A stretch of DNA of 50,137 nucleotides, counting the filler, from Streblomastix strix (Eukaryota): the NCBI GenBank assembly GCA_008636045.1. It is 3 parts of 3 records of this genome, joined end to end, with 100 filler letters (N's around TTAATTAATTAA, not from the genome) between each part and the next. Parts side by side here need not be neighbours in the genome. Positions count along the whole stretch, not along the records: positions 33,505 to 50,137 come from SNRW01000780.1; 2 more parts are not named here. One strand, 5' to 3'. Of this stretch, positions 39,901 through 50,137 are shown one piece after another (position 1 is the first letter of the stretch; every line of letters starts with the position of its first letter). A program made the translations under genes and the position numbers. A model generated the notes under the pieces. That model ran no database searches and was not told where the DNA came from. It worked only from the letters and a program-made list of their open reading frames with translations.

Positions 39901-40647
39901 AAATAAATAATAAAATTATTTAAAAAAAAGAAAAATAAAAAAAATTTCAAAATATACAAATTTGTTTTGACAAGGCTCGGTAGGTCTAACAAGGCAAATT
40001 CTGCTAATTATACTTGATTATTGAATCAATAAACTACAAAAACCAATATTCAAATAATAAAAATAAAAATATATTAGATTTATTTCTCCAAAACATTAGG
40101 AAAAAGTTGAAAAAACTTTTGCGTTCGTGTATTCCATCATAACCACAATAATTTTTTCTAATTATAATGTTTAATGATACTCTAGTATAAATGAGAATCG
40201 ATTATTTGATCTGTTTAAAAAATTAAAGTTTGGATATGGTAATATTTGAAAGGAATTTGCAAGCAAACTTATTTAGTATATCAAGATTATGAGGATAAAA
40301 TTTATCTTTCTGCACGACTTAAGCAACCGCAATACCAAATTTATTATCTAACACAAGATAAAATCTAAAAATTGCAGTAAAAATATGAATTTCATAAAGT
40401 TTTGGAAAAAAGCGTCACAAGCCTTCCATTAGCATTACTTCCTGAATTTTTGATAGAATATTGTTATATAATAATATTAAATAACTAAAATCGAACAATC
40501 AAATAATGTAACAAACCTAGTGTCGCAAAAACCTACAAAGAAAAATGAAAAGGAAAAAATAGCAAATTGCTAGTTAGATCTTGGTTAAATAATGAGGAAA
40601 TAGCATGCAGTGATGTTCTACTATGCAAGAAATTGAAGATCTTCCAT
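33949..40647 (-). CDS. Multidomain protein: N-terminal pseudokinase, ~9 C2H2-type zinc fingers, C-terminal NEK-like Ser/Thr kinase
   Basis: Domain 1 (40647-~38650): GSNANG, AVAQ, HRNIKAEN, DFE, APE, DMWSYG. Linker exon (~38550-36139) with repeated CPxC-X~12-H-X3-4-H. Domain 2: LGKGGFGTV, VAVKE, HMDLKPENV, DFGLAR, PPE, DMWAFG. TGA 33951-33949. Splice phases checked by eye at several junctions. Confidence 0.8.
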
Positions 40648-41058
40648 CACCAAGTTGTAGTTTGCTTTTCTGTCCAAAAAGAATTAAAAATGGAACCAAG
40701 CCACAAATATATTAAATAAACTTTAAATCTTCTTAAAATGAATTTATTTTCAAATTTTTATTATCTGAAAAGTTTGTAATAGTGTCGAAAAATCATTTTG
40801 TATGTTATACACAGGATAATGTTATTGGAATGTTTATTGTTATAATTTATTATTACTTCGATTAAAAAATAAAAAGTTAATAAATATATCCACGTAAGAG
40901 CCAAGATCAACAACATTTTTAAAAAAAAATGTATTTTTGCGCTCCACACAAAATGTTTATTCATATATGTAAAATATTTAATTGAATACGGCCAATTCAA
41001 ATTATTATTAACTAATTTATTTTCTTATAATACTTTATTTGGACGATTAACAGCAAAA

Positions 41059-41433
41059 ATGGCAAGAACTTTTGATGTTCTTTCAAAGCACACTGCAATC
41101 GCCACGTATGCTGGCATTGAGCATATACCATGCCGTCACATGACATCTCTATGCCCAGACAAATGCAACCACGCTCGCGACGTTGGGAAGTTTAACATCG
41201 AGAAATACGAGTTCTACGAAAAGAAGGGTGAATATGGTGATGAACAACAAAAAGTCTACCACTTTAACACGAACCCCAACGCCGAATAAGACAAGTAGGA
41301 CCCAGCTCTCATTCAGAAAGTGAAGGATTTACCAGCAGGAGCCAAAGTTCGTATTACCTGGGAGCACATCTACGTAACTCAGGAAGGCAGCAAGTTCCCA
41401 GAGCGCCCTTTACGTTCACTTGATGTTATCTGA
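41059..41433 (+). CDS. Small intronless conserved hypothetical protein (124 aa) with CxxMTSLCPDKCNH motif
   Basis: MARTFDVLSKH...CRHMTSLCPDKCNH...YEKKGEYGDEQQK...WEHIYVTQEGSKFPERP..DVI*. Reads through one TAA and one TAG; visibly higher GC than flanks. Confidence 0.88.
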
Positions 41434-41689
41434 TACTTAGTAACACATAACAACCATTCTAAACAGGTGTAGTAGTCATTAATAGTTATTACCAAGGCAA
41501 TGATATCAATATTTTCATTACCAATAATTTCTTATTTCGTTTAATAAACAATCCATGTATTTGTTATTCATATTATGTAAATAATTATGATTTATGATAT
41601 ATTTGCTATTTTATTATACTTATTATTGTGGAATATCTATATAAGCAGGAATTATAAGCATCACTTCAAATAATTTGTTAATATCTTCT

Positions 41690-42322
41690 TTTTCATTAAT
41701 TTAATCTTCATCTTCATTATCTATCTATTCTCATTGTTATTCAATTATTATTATTCAACTATTATTATTATTCTTCTTCTTTCCTTTGTATTATTCATCA
41801 GAAAGAAAGGCAATATCTCCTGTCTGAGTGAATCAGCTCTTCTTAAAGATATGAAGAATGCATATCTGAATATAATGAAGGATTATTTGGATGGAAGATT
41901 CAGAAGTGAATTAATTAATTAGATTGATGGAAGTTATTGGGTGAATGATTATGATTATTATAAGGAAGATGATTATTATTATTAAAGTAATTAATTTGGT
42001 TTATTAGATTGGTTGATGGTGTTCTTAATATTATATGATATGAAGAGATTAATATATATTATAAATAAATAAATAAATGAAATAATAATAAAAAATTTGT
42101 AAATTAAGATAATAATAAAAACTCTAACAAACATTTTATACTATTGCTGTGAAAAGAGTGTTGGATTTCATTCTTCTCCAGTGCATGCATATATGTTTAT
42201 ATGCCCATTAAGAAGGTCTCATTATCTCCAACATAAAAATTTATATGATCTTCACTTAGATGATCCCAATCAACAGAAAAACGCTTGGAACATGGATGTC
42301 ATTTTAAGTGCAAGTTTGTCAT
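41690..42322 (-). pseudogene. Possible degenerate gene fragment(s)
   Basis: Exon-like block 42322-42142 (MTNLHLK*HPCSKRFSVDWDHLSEDHINFYVGD...) and a Q-rich block ~42025-41690 whose splice phases I could not reconcile. Confidence 0.3.
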
Positions 42323-43264
42323 AGCTTTAATAATGAAAATAATAAATAAAATTAATTAAAATTAGTATTTACAATCGAATATATTTGCATATGTTACATA
42401 TTAACATATTTCTCAATATAAAAGATTCTAGGACTAGCGATAAACGCGTTTTTATATAAAAATTATTGTGACTCGCATTATGGAATAGACATATTATAAT
42501 AGAATTATATTAAGTTATTTATGAATTTAGCTGTTAAATATAAGAAAGATAAAAATATTTAATTGAAAAATGAATATATAATCTGTGGAGAAAAAGTCAA
42601 AGAAAATTTTATTTCGATTTTTCCTAAGTTATCCTTCAGTGTTTTATGTAATAATGATGATAATTGAACAAATAAATATATTTAACAAATTTTAAGATAG
42701 ATTATATGAAGTATTACCTGGTATTCATTCATGATGGCGAGTTTCAATTTCGGCACTCGATTACTCGCAACATATCACGTAATTTTGCAGTTTCATAAGA
42801 TAATCGAACAATTTTCACACATATGCATATTATTCATATATATTCCAATCTTTTGTTTATTACTGACTGACATAATAAACATGAAGAAAAAATAGATTTT
42901 CTAACCTGAATAATTGAGTAAAATTTATTTTAAGTCATAATTTCTAGATAAAATATTTTAAATCCTTCAATTTTAAAAATAAATGTATATTTTAACATTT
43001 AAGTTGTTCAATACAAACCAAACTAATTTTTTTCACAATAAATTGCGCAAAATCGTGTGTGCGGAAAATAATGTTGGGTATTATTTATATTATCTTAATT
43101 AATTATTAATTATTCATCAAATTTGTATGTAGTTTCAAGAAATAAAATTCTTTTTAACAACAAACCAAATCCTCTTTGCATTTTCTTATTTATTATACTT
43201 CAGATATTAAATAATATATTAATTAATAATATTTGTATTTTAATGAAGTTTAGAAACAGATAAT

Positions 43265-50137
<6,873 letters not shown>

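Overview
Eukaryotic, very AT-rich, intron-containing genomic DNA. It only reads sensibly if TAA/TAG encode Gln and TGA is the terminator, so the supplied standard-code ORF track is mostly fragments or antisense shadows. The code, the short introns with GTTTG/GTATG donors and the style of the expanded kinases point by inference to an oxymonad such as Streblomastix strix. About 14 genes can be reconstructed. They are a Q/N-rich CCHC zinc-knuckle protein, a hypothetical protein, a secreted lipid-transfer-like protein, an ankyrin-DHHC palmitoyltransferase, an ArfGAP, a ~10.6 kb DOCK-family GEF, a small coiled-coil protein, radial spoke protein 3, an F-box/LRR protein, a C1orf52-like protein, CNOT10 (truncated), a pseudokinase-zinc finger-kinase fusion, a small intronless GC-richer gene and a kinase followed by ~1.1 kb tandem repeats. 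There are three 100-nt assembly gaps, two with an artificial TTAATTAATTAA linker. The most notable observation is that the otherwise intact, frameshift-free DOCK gene has three in-frame TGA codons (17397, 19278, 21006), so even the last stop codon may be ambiguous here. All gene models were built by eye and are unverified.
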